Below are positions 6,784-15,685 of a DNA stretch of 20,196 nt, in pieces. A program made the position numbers and the translations under genes. Source of the stretch: Polyangiaceae bacterium (GTDB lineage Bacteria > Myxococcota_A > Polyangia > Polyangiales > Polyangiaceae). Within the stretch, counting starts at the first letter, position 1; each line of letters opens with the position of its first letter. The DNA is taken from the NCBI GenBank assembly GCA_044222475.1, contig JBGANF010000139.1, forward strand, positions 1 through 20,196. The letters are read 5' to 3'. The notes under the pieces are model-generated. The model was not told the origin of the DNA and made no database searches. It saw only the letters and a list, made by a program, of their open reading frames with translations.

Positions 6784-8230
6784 TGGTCTTGGTCGTCGTC
6801 GGGGGAGGCACGGGCAAAACGGGGGAGGAGCTCGCGGGGGGTGGGGCGGTGGTCGCGCCGGCATCTTTCACGGTGGTCGGCGCGTGGCCGCCCGTGCCGA
6901 CGTGCGGCGGCGCCGTCCCGAGAGCTGCGGCGGTCGTCGTGGGGTGCGCCGACATGGCCAGCAGCGGATGGTCGGGGCCACCGGTGGGCGACACCAGGGG
7001 CGTGATGGGGTCTCGGTTGGTGGGGAGCCCTGCGAGAGGGCTCGATGCGGTCGTCGCGACGACCGTCGACGTGGTGCCCATCGAAGGGTGCGTCCCCTCG
7101 GCGTTCTTCTTGAACGCGAAGAGGCCGACTCCGATTCCAATCCCGACGAACAGGAGCGCAGCGCCAGCGACGAGCGGTACCTTCGACCGCGGAGGCTTCT
7201 GACCCTCTGCCAGCTGCGTCTTGTCCCACGCGGCCTCGGTGTTGCTGTTGCCGGTGCGGATGGACGGGCGATCGCGCGGCGGTGCGGTGCTCGAGAACGC
7301 GGCGACCGACTGCAGCGACCCCGACGACGCGATCGTCGCCGCTGCCTGTTGAGCGGTGGCGAACGGACTGAGCGCGAGCACCAGCTCGCCGACCGATTGA
7401 AAGCGGTGGTCGGGCGATTTCTCGAGGCACTTGAGGATGACGGACCGAAGCTCCTCGGGTAGGTCGGGGCGGAGCTTTCGGAGCGACTCCGGCGATTCGG
7501 TGATCACCATCGCGGTGAGCGCGGTGAGCGTCTCGGCGAGAAAGGGGACGCGCCCAGTGAGGAGCTCGAACAGGATGGCGCCGAGCGACCAGATGTCGGT
7601 GCGGTGGTCGACGTTCTTCGACGAGCGGAGCTGCTCCGGCGACATGTAGTTCGGCGAGCCCAGCACGTGGGTCGTGCTCGTGAGCGACATGTCTTCCGGG
7701 CCGCCCATCTGCTTCGAGATGCCGAAGTCGAGCACCTTCACCATCGCGCGGCCGCCGAGCTTCGTGGTGAGAAACAGGTTCTTCGGCTTGAGGTCCCGGT
7801 GCACGATCCCGAGCCCGTGCGCTTCGGCGATGGCTTCGCACGCTTGGAGCAAGTAGTCGACGGCGGTCGCGATCGGGAGGGGCCCGTTCTTCTGGAGGAC
7901 CGCGTCGAGGTCCATCCCCTCGAGGTACTCCATCACCATGTACGGAGCGCCGTCTTCGAGCTTGCCGACGTCGGTGACGCGCGCCACGTGGTCGCTCTTC
8001 AGCCGGACGGCGGCCCGCGCCTCCTGCTCGAACCGAGCCACGCTCTCGGGGTGGGCGAGGCCGGGCCGCAGCATGAACTTGAGAGCGACCAGCTGCCCGA
8101 GCTGAAGGTGAGTCGCCGCGCAAACCACCCCCATGCCGCCGACGCCGAGGACGCGTTCGACGCGGAATTTCCCGCCGAGGACGTCTCCTGGCTGGACTGG
8201 TTTGTCGCTGCTGACCGGGGCGTCCGTCAT
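6755..8230 (-). CDS. Membrane-anchored Hanks-type Ser/Thr protein kinase, 491 aa
   Basis: GVGGMG, VALK, HRDLKPKN, DFG, GSPNYMSPE, DIWSLG. TM VPLVAGAALLFVGIGIGVGLFAF followed by a Pro/Thr-rich tail. Confidence 0.96.
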   Translation of the reverse strand: MTDAPVSSDKPVQPGDVLGGKFRVERVLGVGGMGVVCAATHLQLGQLVALKFMLRPGLAHPESVARFEQEARAAVRLKSDHVARVTDVGKLEDGAPYMVMEYLEGMDLDAVLQKNGPLPIATAVDYLLQACEAIAEAHGLGIVHRDLKPKNLFLTTKLGGRAMVKVLDFGISKQMGGPEDMSLTSTTHVLGSPNYMSPEQLRSSKNVDHRTDIWSLGAILFELLTGRVPFLAETLTALTAMVITESPESLRKLRPDLPEELRSVILKCLEKSPDHRFQSVGELVLALSPFATAQQAAATIASSGSLQSVAAFSSTAPPRDRPSIRTGNSNTEAAWDKTQLAEGQKPPRSKVPLVAGAALLFVGIGIGVGLFAFKKNAEGTHPSMGTTSTVVATTASSPLAGLPTNRDPITPLVSPTGGPDHPLLAMSAHPTTTAAALGTAPPHVGTGGHAPTTVKDAGATTAPPPASSSPVLPVPPPTTTKTNDALPTTRN

Positions 8231-8265
8231 TCGCGCTTCCGAGGATAGGCGTTGGATGGACGGGT

Positions 8266-8294
8266 GGAGCGCGAAAACGGTGTTTCGGCGCTCC
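8266..8294 (-). terminator. Stem-loop downstream of grxD (possible terminator or processing site)
   Basis: On the minus strand, ggagcg-c-cgaaa pairs with tttcg-cgctcc. No U-tract. Confidence 0.3.
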
Positions 8295-8329
8295 GGATCG
8301 GCGGGAGAGTGTGCGTTGAACGCCTACAG

Positions 8330-8647
8330 TCAACCTTTGGCGGCGCTGAGCTCTTTGGCGAGCTCACCCGACTGGTGCATCTCGGTGACGATGTCGCACC
8401 CGCCGAGGAACTTCCCCTTCACGTAGAGCTGCGGGATCGTCGGCCAGTTCGAGAAGTCCTTGATGCCCTGGCGGATGTCCGGATCGGCGAGGACGTTCAC
8501 CGTCTCGAACTCGACGCCTTCGCGCTTGAGCACCTGGACCACGGTGTTCGAGAACCCGCACTGCGGGAAGCTCTTCGTGCCCTTCATGAAGAGGACGATC
8601 GGGTGAGAGTCGACCAACTGCTGGATGCGCTGCTTCACGTCACTCAT
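8330..8647 (-). CDS. grxD: Monothiol glutaredoxin Grx4/GrxD
   Basis: [29 protein letters not shown]. Confidence 0.97.
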   Translation of the reverse strand: MSDVKQRIQQLVDSHPIVLFMKGTKSFPQCGFSNTVVQVLKREGVEFETVNVLADPDIRQGIKDFSNWPTIPQLYVKGKFLGGCDIVTEMHQSGELAKELSAAKG

Positions 8648-8660
8648 GATTCACTCCGCT

Positions 8661-8888
8661 TCATGGCTCCCGCGTCGTCAGGGCGAGCGCGTGGATTTCT
8701 TGCTTCATGCGGTCCCCGAGGACCGCGTAGACGAGCTGGTGCTGCTGGATGCGCGACTTCCCGCTGAACTGCGGCGCGACGATGACCGCCTGAAAGTGAT
8801 CCTGCGTGCCGGTGAGGTCGGACACCTCGACCGTGGCGCCGGGGAGACCGGCGAGAAGAACCTCACGGAGCTTGTCGGGCGCGATCAT
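8661..8888 (-). CDS. bolA: BolA/IbaG family protein
   Basis: DHFQAVIVAPQFSGKSRIQQHQLVYAVLG..EIHALALTT, adjacent to grxD as is usual for this pair. Confidence 0.93.
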   Translation of the reverse strand: MIAPDKLREVLLAGLPGATVEVSDLTGTQDHFQAVIVAPQFSGKSRIQQHQLVYAVLGDRMKQEIHALALTTREP

Positions 8889-8897
8889 TCCGGAGAG

Positions 8898-8925
8898 TCA
8901 TTAGTTGGCGCGCGAGTTCTGTCAA
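8898..8925 (-). promoter_or_regulatory. Putative sigma70 promoter of bolA-grxD
   Basis: Perfect TTGACA (8925-8920), 16-nt spacer, TAATGA (8903-8898), 9 nt before the ATG. Confidence 0.5.
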
Positions 8926-8931
8926 GGCTCG

Positions 8932-10053
8932 TCAGAACGTGTCGCCGGTCGACTGGATGTCCGCGATGTCGTTCGTGCCGCGGACGGGCGCGTCCTTCGC
9001 CGTGAGCTGGGCGTCGAGCACGGCGGCGAGGACCGCCGCTCCGTCGTCCCAGTGCTTGCCAGTGAGCGAGTTGGGCCAGTGGAGGAAGACGCGAGGAACC
9101 GCGCGCGCGTCGCGGGTCAGCGAGACGCTTACCTGATTGGTACGACCGGCGATCGGCTTGCTCGCCTTGAGCAACGTGATCGTGCGGTTCGGGTAGCTCA
9201 TCAGGTAGTCCACGGCGTACGTGATGTTGTTGCAGAGGTACGTGTTTCCGCTGCGGGGGAAGCCGGCGAGGCTGACGCCGGTCAGGAGGTCGCCGAAGGT
9301 CTCGCCGCCCTCGACCGAGGAAGCGTGGGCTGCGACCGCGGTTTGAGCGGCCTTCTTCACCGTCGGATAGGAGAGGAGGAGACCGCGACGATCGTCCGCC
9401 CTGCTGGCGCGCGGGACGATCTTCGCGGCGGTCTGTCCGGCCGGCGTCACCGGGACGAGCTGGTCCGACCCGTCGACGAGGCTCATCGCGCGGTTCACCG
9501 TTCCGAGCTCGATCCAGAGGTCCTGCTTGTCGTCGGCGACGCCGTTCATCACGACGACGCTCGGTCCGAACGACTCGACCTCGCGAGCGACGAGGATCGC
9601 GGCGAGATCCCAGTAGACCGGGACGATCATCGCGCACACGTCGACGTCGCCAGCGTTCGGAAGGCGAATCGTCTCGACGCCGACGCTCGTCTGCGGCCCG
9701 GGCGGGTCGACCTTGCCGGGCGCCGGGGCGCTCGTCATGGGGTAGGGGACGCTCTTCGCTAGCCGGCTGACGATTCTGCCGGTCGCGTTGTCGCCGTTGC
9801 CGAGGAAGCGCCCGAAGCCGGTCACGAGGACGCGCGGTCGGTTGCCCGCCTTCGGCTTGCACCGCGCTTTGTAGCTCTGGAGGAAGGCGACGTTCGCGTC
9901 GTACTGCGCGCGGGCCTTCGGCGAGGAGGTGTCGACGACCACGGCGTCTTCCGAGTCGGTCGAGAATTCGTCATCTGCTCCGCCAGAGCAAGCAGCGACG
10001 ACGACCGAGGCAGTGAGAGCGAGGGCTCGGAGGAAGGTGGTCTGAAAGCTCAC
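8932..10053 (-). CDS. Lipoprotein with a pyroglutamyl-peptidase I (peptidase C15)-like domain, 373 aa
   Basis: Lipobox VVVAA-C. RVLVTGFGRF...N, VVVMNGVA, WIE (Glu), TYLCN (Cys), FLHWP (His). GTG start. Confidence 0.85.
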   Translation of the reverse strand: MSFQTTFLRALALTASVVVAACSGGADDEFSTDSEDAVVVDTSSPKARAQYDANVAFLQSYKARCKPKAGNRPRVLVTGFGRFLGNGDNATGRIVSRLAKSVPYPMTSAPAPGKVDPPGPQTSVGVETIRLPNAGDVDVCAMIVPVYWDLAAILVAREVESFGPSVVVMNGVADDKQDLWIELGTVNRAMSLVDGSDQLVPVTPAGQTAAKIVPRASRADDRRGLLLSYPTVKKAAQTAVAAHASSVEGGETFGDLLTGVSLAGFPRSGNTYLCNNITYAVDYLMSYPNRTITLLKASKPIAGRTNQVSVSLTRDARAVPRVFLHWPNSLTGKHWDDGAAVLAAVLDAQLTAKDAPVRGTNDIADIQSTGDTF

Positions 10054-10065
10054 ATGTAGGATATC

Positions 10066-10081
10066 TGCATCAATCGTACCA
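10066..10081 (-). promoter_or_regulatory. Putative sigma54 (-24/-12) promoter of the peptidase gene
   Basis: TGGTAC-GATTG-ATGCA, with exact GG-N10-GC spacing. Confidence 0.55.
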
Positions 10082-10140
10082 CCTGGACGCCGTCAGAAAC
10101 CCCAGCGGATGTGCACGATCTGGTTGAAGGAGCACGGAAT

Positions 10141-10160
10141 GTGGATCGCCTCCGATCCAC
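10141..10160 (-). terminator. Perfect 8-bp hairpin right after the kinase-STAND gene stop
   Basis: gtggatcg-cctc-cgatccac. Only a weak U-tract follows. Confidence 0.45.
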
Positions 10161-10163
10161 CGC

Positions 10164-13100
10164 CTACGCCCCGAAGACCCCGGCGAGGGCGTCCGGATCG
10201 GCGACGCCCAGGCGCCGGAGCGACGCGAGCGCGCGCTCGACTTGGCCGCGGCCCTCGTCGCCGCCCCGCAGACGACCGGCCGCGAGCGCCGCCACTGCAC
10301 CGTGAAGACGGAGCCCGAGCGCGGCGCTCCCGGTGTTCGCGCTCTGGAACGACGCGACGGCGCGGGTCGTCTCTCCGCGCGCGCGCGCCACCGCGCCACG
10401 CAGCAGGCTCGCCTCGACGAGCGCGTAGCGTGTCCCAATCGCCGCGACGTCGTTCGCCGTCGACTGCGCTTCGTCGAGGAGCTCGCGCGCGCGCTGCGGG
10501 AGCTTCCGCGCGTGGGCCACCGCGCCGCGCGCGTGGAGCGCGAGGACCTGCGCGCGGTCGAGGGGCGACGCGAGGGCACCATCCTCGGCGAGCGCGCGGA
10601 GCGACTCGGTGCTCCGCCGATAGGCGGCGGTTCCCTCTCCGAGGTAGAGGTCCAGGACGACGCGCGCGACGAGCTCGTCGAGCCGACCGCGAGGAGAGAG
10701 CGGCCCGCGCGCGTGTTCGTCGCGGCTGGCCTGGACGACGTCGACGTCGCCCTGGGCCAGCCGCGTGACCTCGATCCAACCGCTCTCGGCGAGGCCGCGC
10801 GCCAGGCGGTCGCCGCGCGCCTCGGCGCTCTCGAGAAACCGCGAGGCCTCGACCCGCGCCCGCGGGACGTCGCCGAGGACGGACAGCGCGCGGAGGGAGA
10901 GCCACGTCGCCGCGGTGAGCTCCCACCGTAGGTCCTGGGAGGTCGCGCCGCGCGCGCGGTCGCGCGCTTCGCGCCGGGCCTCTCGGGCGCGCTCTCGCGC
11001 CGCGGCGAAATCGTCGGCGGCGAAGAGCCGCGCGCTCTCGGCGGCCAGCGTGAGCGCGTTCGCGCTCGAATCGTTCGCCTCGGCGGTGAGCCGTTGGGCG
11101 AGCGCGAGCCGAGTCGGTTCGTCGCCGCGCAGCGACGCGAGGATCGAGTCGAGCGCGAGAGCGCGTGCGGCGCGGATCCGATCGCCGGAAGCGAGCGCGT
11201 GCGGCAGCGCGAGCTGGGACACGGCCGTGGCGCGCCGTACGTCGACCAGCGCGAGCCCGAGTGCGAGCGTGTGGCTTACGTCGGCGCGGGCGCGCGTCTC
11301 GTCGGACACTTCGCTCGCGGGGCGCGGTCGGAACGTCGTCCCACGGAGGTACGACGTGGCGCGAGACACGAGCGAGCGCAGAGGGCCCGGCGGCTCGGCG
11401 TCGATCCCGAGCGCTTCGAGCGCGGGCGCGAGCGCCGCGCGACCCGCGTCGACGTGTCCGCACGCGAACAGCTCGTGGGCGGCTCGCCTTCGGAGATCGA
11501 GCGCCCGCGCGCCGCTCGCGCGCGCCGCCGCAGCGAGATACGCGTCGGCGGCCTCGGCTCCGCGCGCCGCGTTCTTCTGGGCGTCGGCGAGCTCGGCGAG
11601 CTCCTCCTCGGTCGCCGCGTCTCCGACGAGGTCGAGCGCCCACTGGTGAAGCCGCGCGGCGCGGTCGAACGCGAGCCGCGCAGCCGCCTCGCGCGCCGCG
11701 GCGATCGCCTGATCAGCGGCCTTGCGAGACTCGCCGGCGCCCCGCCAGTGCTCCGCGATGGCCTCGCGGTCGATCGCTCCGGGGTCGACCGCGTCGGCCT
11801 CGAAGCCGAGCGCCAGCGCGCGATGGCGCCGCGCGTCGCTCGTGGCGTCGTCCTCGGTGCGCAACGCCTCGCGGACGCGACCGTGATACGGCTCGAGCGC
11901 GGTGCGGCCGCGGGAGTTCACGCGGCGCGCGAGGTGGGCCTGGCGCAGCTCGGCGGCGGCGCGATCGAACGCCGCGCCGTCCTTGATGTCCGCCGCGTGG
12001 CGCAGGACGCTCTCCGGCACCGGAGCGCGCGCGAGGACGACGAGCTCGAGAAGCTCACGCGTCGCCGGCGCGAGAGCGTCGCGCCGCGCCCGCGCGAGCG
12101 CGCTCAGCGACGCCGCCGTACCGGCATCCGCGCCACCGGCGAGCTCCTCGATCAGGAGCGGGTGTCCGCCGGCCTCTTCGGCGATCGCCCGAGCGCGCTC
12201 GCTGCCGACGAGGACGTTCGCGTAGTCCTCCGCGTCCTCCAGCGCCAAGCGCCCGAGCGCGAGCACGCGTACGTCGCCGGGCATCGATCCCGATCCGACG
12301 TTGAGGCGGCTCTGCGGCAGCGACGCCGGCGGGCCGGCGCGATCGAGGACCGGCTCGGAGGTCCGCACGGTGGCGAGGAGCAGGATCGGCGGTGGGTCCG
12401 GCGCGCGGAGGAGCTCGCGCAGCAGGAGGAAGCTGTCGGCATCGGCCCACTGGAGGTCTTCGAGGACGAGGACCACTGGACGCTTCTCGGTCAGCGCCGA
12501 GACGAGCTCGCGGAACGCCGTGAACACCCGTGCTCGCTGCTCCGTTTGATCCGCCGGAAGGTCCTCGGTCTCGCGGCGGGCTCGCTTCACGTCCGCGTCG
12601 AGGATCGGAAACACGCGCGCGAGGAGGCCTGCGTCGGCCGGGAGCACGGAGCGGAGCTCGGAGTCGGGCATCGACCCGAACACGTCGTGGAGCGCGTCGA
12701 TCACTCCGTCGACCGCCTTGAACGGCACCGACTCGCGCTCGAAGCAGCGGCCCCACAGGACGAGCGGCGGCCGATCGCCTGCGGCTCTCGAGGTCACCTG
12801 CCGCGCGAGCTCGCGAACGAGCGCGCTCTTCCCGACGCCGGACTCGCCGTGGACGTAGACCGTGACGGCGTGCCCTTGCTCGACGCGCGCCCACGCTCGC
12901 ACGAGCTCGGCGAGCTCGCGCCTTCGGCCGACGAACGTCGACCCGTCGGACGGCGGCGCAATCGACGACGGCGACTTGCGCGCGGCCTGATCGCCGACCA
13001 GCACGGAGATGATCTCGCGCGCGGTCGGCCGCGCGGCCGGGTCGTTCGCGAGGAGGCGAAGCGCGAGGTCACTGAGATCGTCGGGTGCCTCCGGCGCGAT

Positions 13101-13886
13101 CGAGCTCGGCGCGGTCGGGGCGGCGCGCCGTTTCGCTTCGAGGACCTCGAACGAGCTCCCCTCGAAGGGAAGCGTGCCGGTGAGCGCTTCGTAGAGCACG
13201 GCGCCGAGCGCGTAGAAGTCGGCGGCCGGCGTGGGCGCGTGCGCGTCGGCTTGCTCGGGTGCCATGTACGCGACGGTCCCGGCGGCGCGCGCTTGCTTTC
13301 GTGCGTCGCCGGCGATGCCGAAATCGAGGAGGACGACGCGCCCTTCGCGGGTGACGAGCACGTTCGATGGCTTCACGTCGCGGTGGACTTTTCCCATCGA
13401 GTGAAGCGCGTCGAGAGCGCGGACCAGCTGCGCGAACGCATCGCGAACGCGCGCGGGATCGAGGGTGCCGAGTCGTGCGCGCACGTCGCCGTGGACCGAC
13501 CCTCGGGGGTTCGACGCAGCCGGCAGCGTCTCCGCGGCGCGGGTCGGCTCGTCGCTGCCTCGCCCGACCGTCATCACGTTCGACCCTGGGCGGACCCAAC
13601 TGAGGAGGTCGACGCCGTCGACGAGCTCCATCGTGAAGAACCACGCACCCTCGTGCTCGAGCAGCTCACCGAGCGCCACGAGGTTCTCGTGACCGATGTC
13701 GGCGAGCGTTCGGAACTCGTTCTTGAAGCGGACGATCGCGTCGGGGTCGGCGTGGCGGAGCGTCTTCAGCGCAACGCGCGCGTCACGCTCCTCGTCCACG
13801 ACCTCGAGCACGATGCCCATCGCGCCGGCGCCGAGCTGGCGGACGACGCGGAAGCGGGGCGGGAGGCTCGGCTCCGAGGCGACCAT
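10164..13886 (-). CDS. Cytoplasmic Ser/Thr kinase fused to a STAND-type AAA ATPase and a TPR-like helical region, 1240 aa
   Basis: GAGAMG, VALK, HRDVKPSN, DFG, YMAPE. FVGRRRE, Walker A GESGVGKS, Walker B LVLEDLQWAD, GGHPLLIEEL (GxP), Ala/Arg-rich helical C-terminus. Confidence 0.94.
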   Translation of the reverse strand: MVASEPSLPPRFRVVRQLGAGAMGIVLEVVDEERDARVALKTLRHADPDAIVRFKNEFRTLADIGHENLVALGELLEHEGAWFFTMELVDGVDLLSWVRPGSNVMTVGRGSDEPTRAAETLPAASNPRGSVHGDVRARLGTLDPARVRDAFAQLVRALDALHSMGKVHRDVKPSNVLVTREGRVVLLDFGIAGDARKQARAAGTVAYMAPEQADAHAPTPAADFYALGAVLYEALTGTLPFEGSSFEVLEAKRRAAPTAPSSIAPEAPDDLSDLALRLLANDPAARPTAREIISVLVGDQAARKSPSSIAPPSDGSTFVGRRRELAELVRAWARVEQGHAVTVYVHGESGVGKSALVRELARQVTSRAAGDRPPLVLWGRCFERESVPFKAVDGVIDALHDVFGSMPDSELRSVLPADAGLLARVFPILDADVKRARRETEDLPADQTEQRARVFTAFRELVSALTEKRPVVLVLEDLQWADADSFLLLRELLRAPDPPPILLLATVRTSEPVLDRAGPPASLPQSRLNVGSGSMPGDVRVLALGRLALEDAEDYANVLVGSERARAIAEEAGGHPLLIEELAGGADAGTAASLSALARARRDALAPATRELLELVVLARAPVPESVLRHAADIKDGAAFDRAAAELRQAHLARRVNSRGRTALEPYHGRVREALRTEDDATSDARRHRALALGFEADAVDPGAIDREAIAEHWRGAGESRKAADQAIAAAREAAARLAFDRAARLHQWALDLVGDAATEEELAELADAQKNAARGAEAADAYLAAAARASGARALDLRRRAAHELFACGHVDAGRAALAPALEALGIDAEPPGPLRSLVSRATSYLRGTTFRPRPASEVSDETRARADVSHTLALGLALVDVRRATAVSQLALPHALASGDRIRAARALALDSILASLRGDEPTRLALAQRLTAEANDSSANALTLAAESARLFAADDFAAARERAREARREARDRARGATSQDLRWELTAATWLSLRALSVLGDVPRARVEASRFLESAEARGDRLARGLAESGWIEVTRLAQGDVDVVQASRDEHARGPLSPRGRLDELVARVVLDLYLGEGTAAYRRSTESLRALAEDGALASPLDRAQVLALHARGAVAHARKLPQRARELLDEAQSTANDVAAIGTRYALVEASLLRGAVARARGETTRAVASFQSANTGSAALGLRLHGAVAALAAGRLRGGDEGRGQVERALASLRRLGVADPDALAGVFGA

Positions 13887-13913
13887 CGGCGAGCGATGGT
13901 AGCCGAGCTCGAC

Positions 13914-14603
13914 TCAAAGACCCGGACAGATCCCGGAGCACGCCGATTTGACGCACGAAAAGACGGACAGCATCTCGCCGCTGTAGCCTGCGTCGGGCTT
14001 GACCGTGAGCCCGCTGCAGTCGGGCGAGCCCTGGCAGTCCTGGTCGCTCTTTCCGCACGCGGTGAGCGGCGCCGACGAGATGCCGCCCTTGTTCCTCGCG
14101 GTGACGAGCGGGCCGCGGCACTGCTCGGTGATGCACTTGCCGCACGCCGTCGCTTCTTCGAGGCGGACCGTCTTGCCGGAGCACCCCGTGTACGTGATGT
14201 AGACGAACTGGCACTGCGCTTCGCAGTTCTTGCCGATGAGCACTTCGATGTTGCTCTGCAGAGCTGCGGGATCCGTGGAGCCGGAGATCGACGCGTCGGA
14301 TGCGGGGAAGAAGTCACTGCACGCACTCGAACCGACGCGTGGGTCCTTGGCGCACGTCTCCATGTCGCTCAGGGTGATGGCGTACTTGTTCTGCGCGCAG
14401 AGCTGATCGGCGACCGCTCCAGCTTGGGTCTCCATGCACGCGCCGCACGCGCTCACCGCGGTGAGTACGTTGCGGCAGCCGTTGTTGGAGACGCCGCCCT
14501 CGGACTCGAGGCCGCTCAGCGACACGGTCGTGAAGATCGTGCAGGACAAGACCGTGCTCGCGGTGATCGAGAGGAGCGCACCGGCGAAGAAGAGACGTCG
14601 CAT
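13914..14603 (-). CDS. Cys-rich lipoprotein, 229 aa
   Basis: MRRLFFAGALLSITASTVLS-C with 18 further Cys. ATG at 14603 overlaps the upstream TGA (TGATG). Confidence 0.85.
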   Translation of the reverse strand: MRRLFFAGALLSITASTVLSCTIFTTVSLSGLESEGGVSNNGCRNVLTAVSACGACMETQAGAVADQLCAQNKYAITLSDMETCAKDPRVGSSACSDFFPASDASISGSTDPAALQSNIEVLIGKNCEAQCQFVYITYTGCSGKTVRLEEATACGKCITEQCRGPLVTARNKGGISSAPLTACGKSDQDCQGSPDCSGLTVKPDAGYSGEMLSVFSCVKSACSGICPGL

Positions 14604-15685
14604 CAGAACCTCCCGCCAGCGGTGAGGAAGCCGCCGCCCGGCATCGGTGAGAAGCCCACCTCGGCGCCGCTCTCGACGATCGTGCGCGGCAGCACGAGGC
14701 CGACGATACCGGTGACGATCGCGACGCCGAAGCAGACGTCCGCGATGACCGACATCGTCATGGCTTTGGTCTTCAGTGAGGGGAAATCGGCGTTGCACTT
14801 TCCGTCGGTGCACGCGGACTTCGCCGAGCCCACCGCCGAGATCGCGATGATCCCGAACACGGCACCAGCGCCGGCGCTGAGGCCGGCGACGGTGAACAGG
14901 ATCGGTCGCGCGGGGTTCGGTCGCGTGTTGTACCCCGGCGGCTTCCACGTCGAGTCGCCGCCGTTCGGCTTCCACTCCGTGCCGCCGTTCCCGCCGGCGA
15001 CCGGCGGAGGTTTGCTGGTGCCGCCGCCGCTCGCGGGACCGTTGAACTGAATCGACTTCTGATCGCCCTCGCGAAGCTCGACGACCTTCTGATCCTTCGC
15101 TTCGCCGTCGACGAGGAACTGGACGACGTGCGGACCGGGGTTCATGCGTCGCGGAGCGGCGAGCGTGTCCTTGCGCACCGGCTGTCCATCGATGCTGACC
15201 TGACCGGCGCCGACGATGGTGATCGTGAGCGACGGCACCTTGGATTCGAGCTCCGCCGCTTGAGCGGCGGCGTCTTCGCGCGCCTTGCGCGCCTCCGGGG
15301 ACTCGTTCTTCCGCACCGGGATGCGGTCGACCGCGAGGAATGCCTCGCGGGCAGACACGAGGTCGCCCTGCATGCGGTACGTCTTGCCGAGCTCGAAGCC
15401 GATCTTCGGCGTCTGCACGAGGGCAAACGCCGCCTTGAACTTCGTGATCGCGGCTCCGTTGTCGTGGGCGCGATCGCGCAGGTCGAGCCCCTGGAGGAAC
15501 GCGGCGCGCGCGCTCTCGACGTCGGCGGCCGACGGATCGGACTGCGCCCACGCGGCGGTCTCGAGGCCGCACACCGCGCACGCCGACCCGGTCGACAGAA
15601 CGAACGCGAACGCGAGCTTCTGCGAGAGCGGACGCAAGAAGGTGGGGACCACGGGCGGGGGGAATGGCGCGGTTGAAGGCTTCAT
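14603..15685 (-). CDS. Exported TPR + PEGA-like protein with a hydrophobic hairpin and C-terminal Phe, 360 aa
   Basis: Signal ending AWA-Q, ARAAFLQGLDL..AITKFKAAFAL..IGFELGKTY, VSIDG..MNPGPHVVQF, ends FLTAGGRF. ATG at 15685 overlaps the kinase TGA. Confidence 0.85.
   Translation of the reverse strand: MKPSTAPFPPPVVPTFLRPLSQKLAFAFVLSTGSACAVCGLETAAWAQSDPSAADVESARAAFLQGLDLRDRAHDNGAAITKFKAAFALVQTPKIGFELGKTYRMQGDLVSAREAFLAVDRIPVRKNESPEARKAREDAAAQAAELESKVPSLTITIVGAGQVSIDGQPVRKDTLAAPRRMNPGPHVVQFLVDGEAKDQKVVELREGDQKSIQFNGPASGGGTSKPPPVAGGNGGTEWKPNGGDSTWKPPGYNTRPNPARPILFTVAGLSAGAGAVFGIIAISAVGSAKSACTDGKCNADFPSLKTKAMTMSVIADVCFGVAIVTGIVGLVLPRTIVESGAEVGFSPMPGGGFLTAGGRF

Noticed and set aside
8330..8888. 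bolA-grxD pairing as a novelty
   Set aside because: This is a well-known conserved Fe-S trafficking pair.
11094..15050. 1318-aa plus-strand ORF and other long antisense or off-frame ORFs (e.g. 117..1238, 10093..11643, 15664..17193, 17826..19751)
   Set aside because: Arg/Ala/Gly-rich with no motifs, and fully overlapping well-supported minus-strand genes. These are typical shadow ORFs of high-GC DNA.
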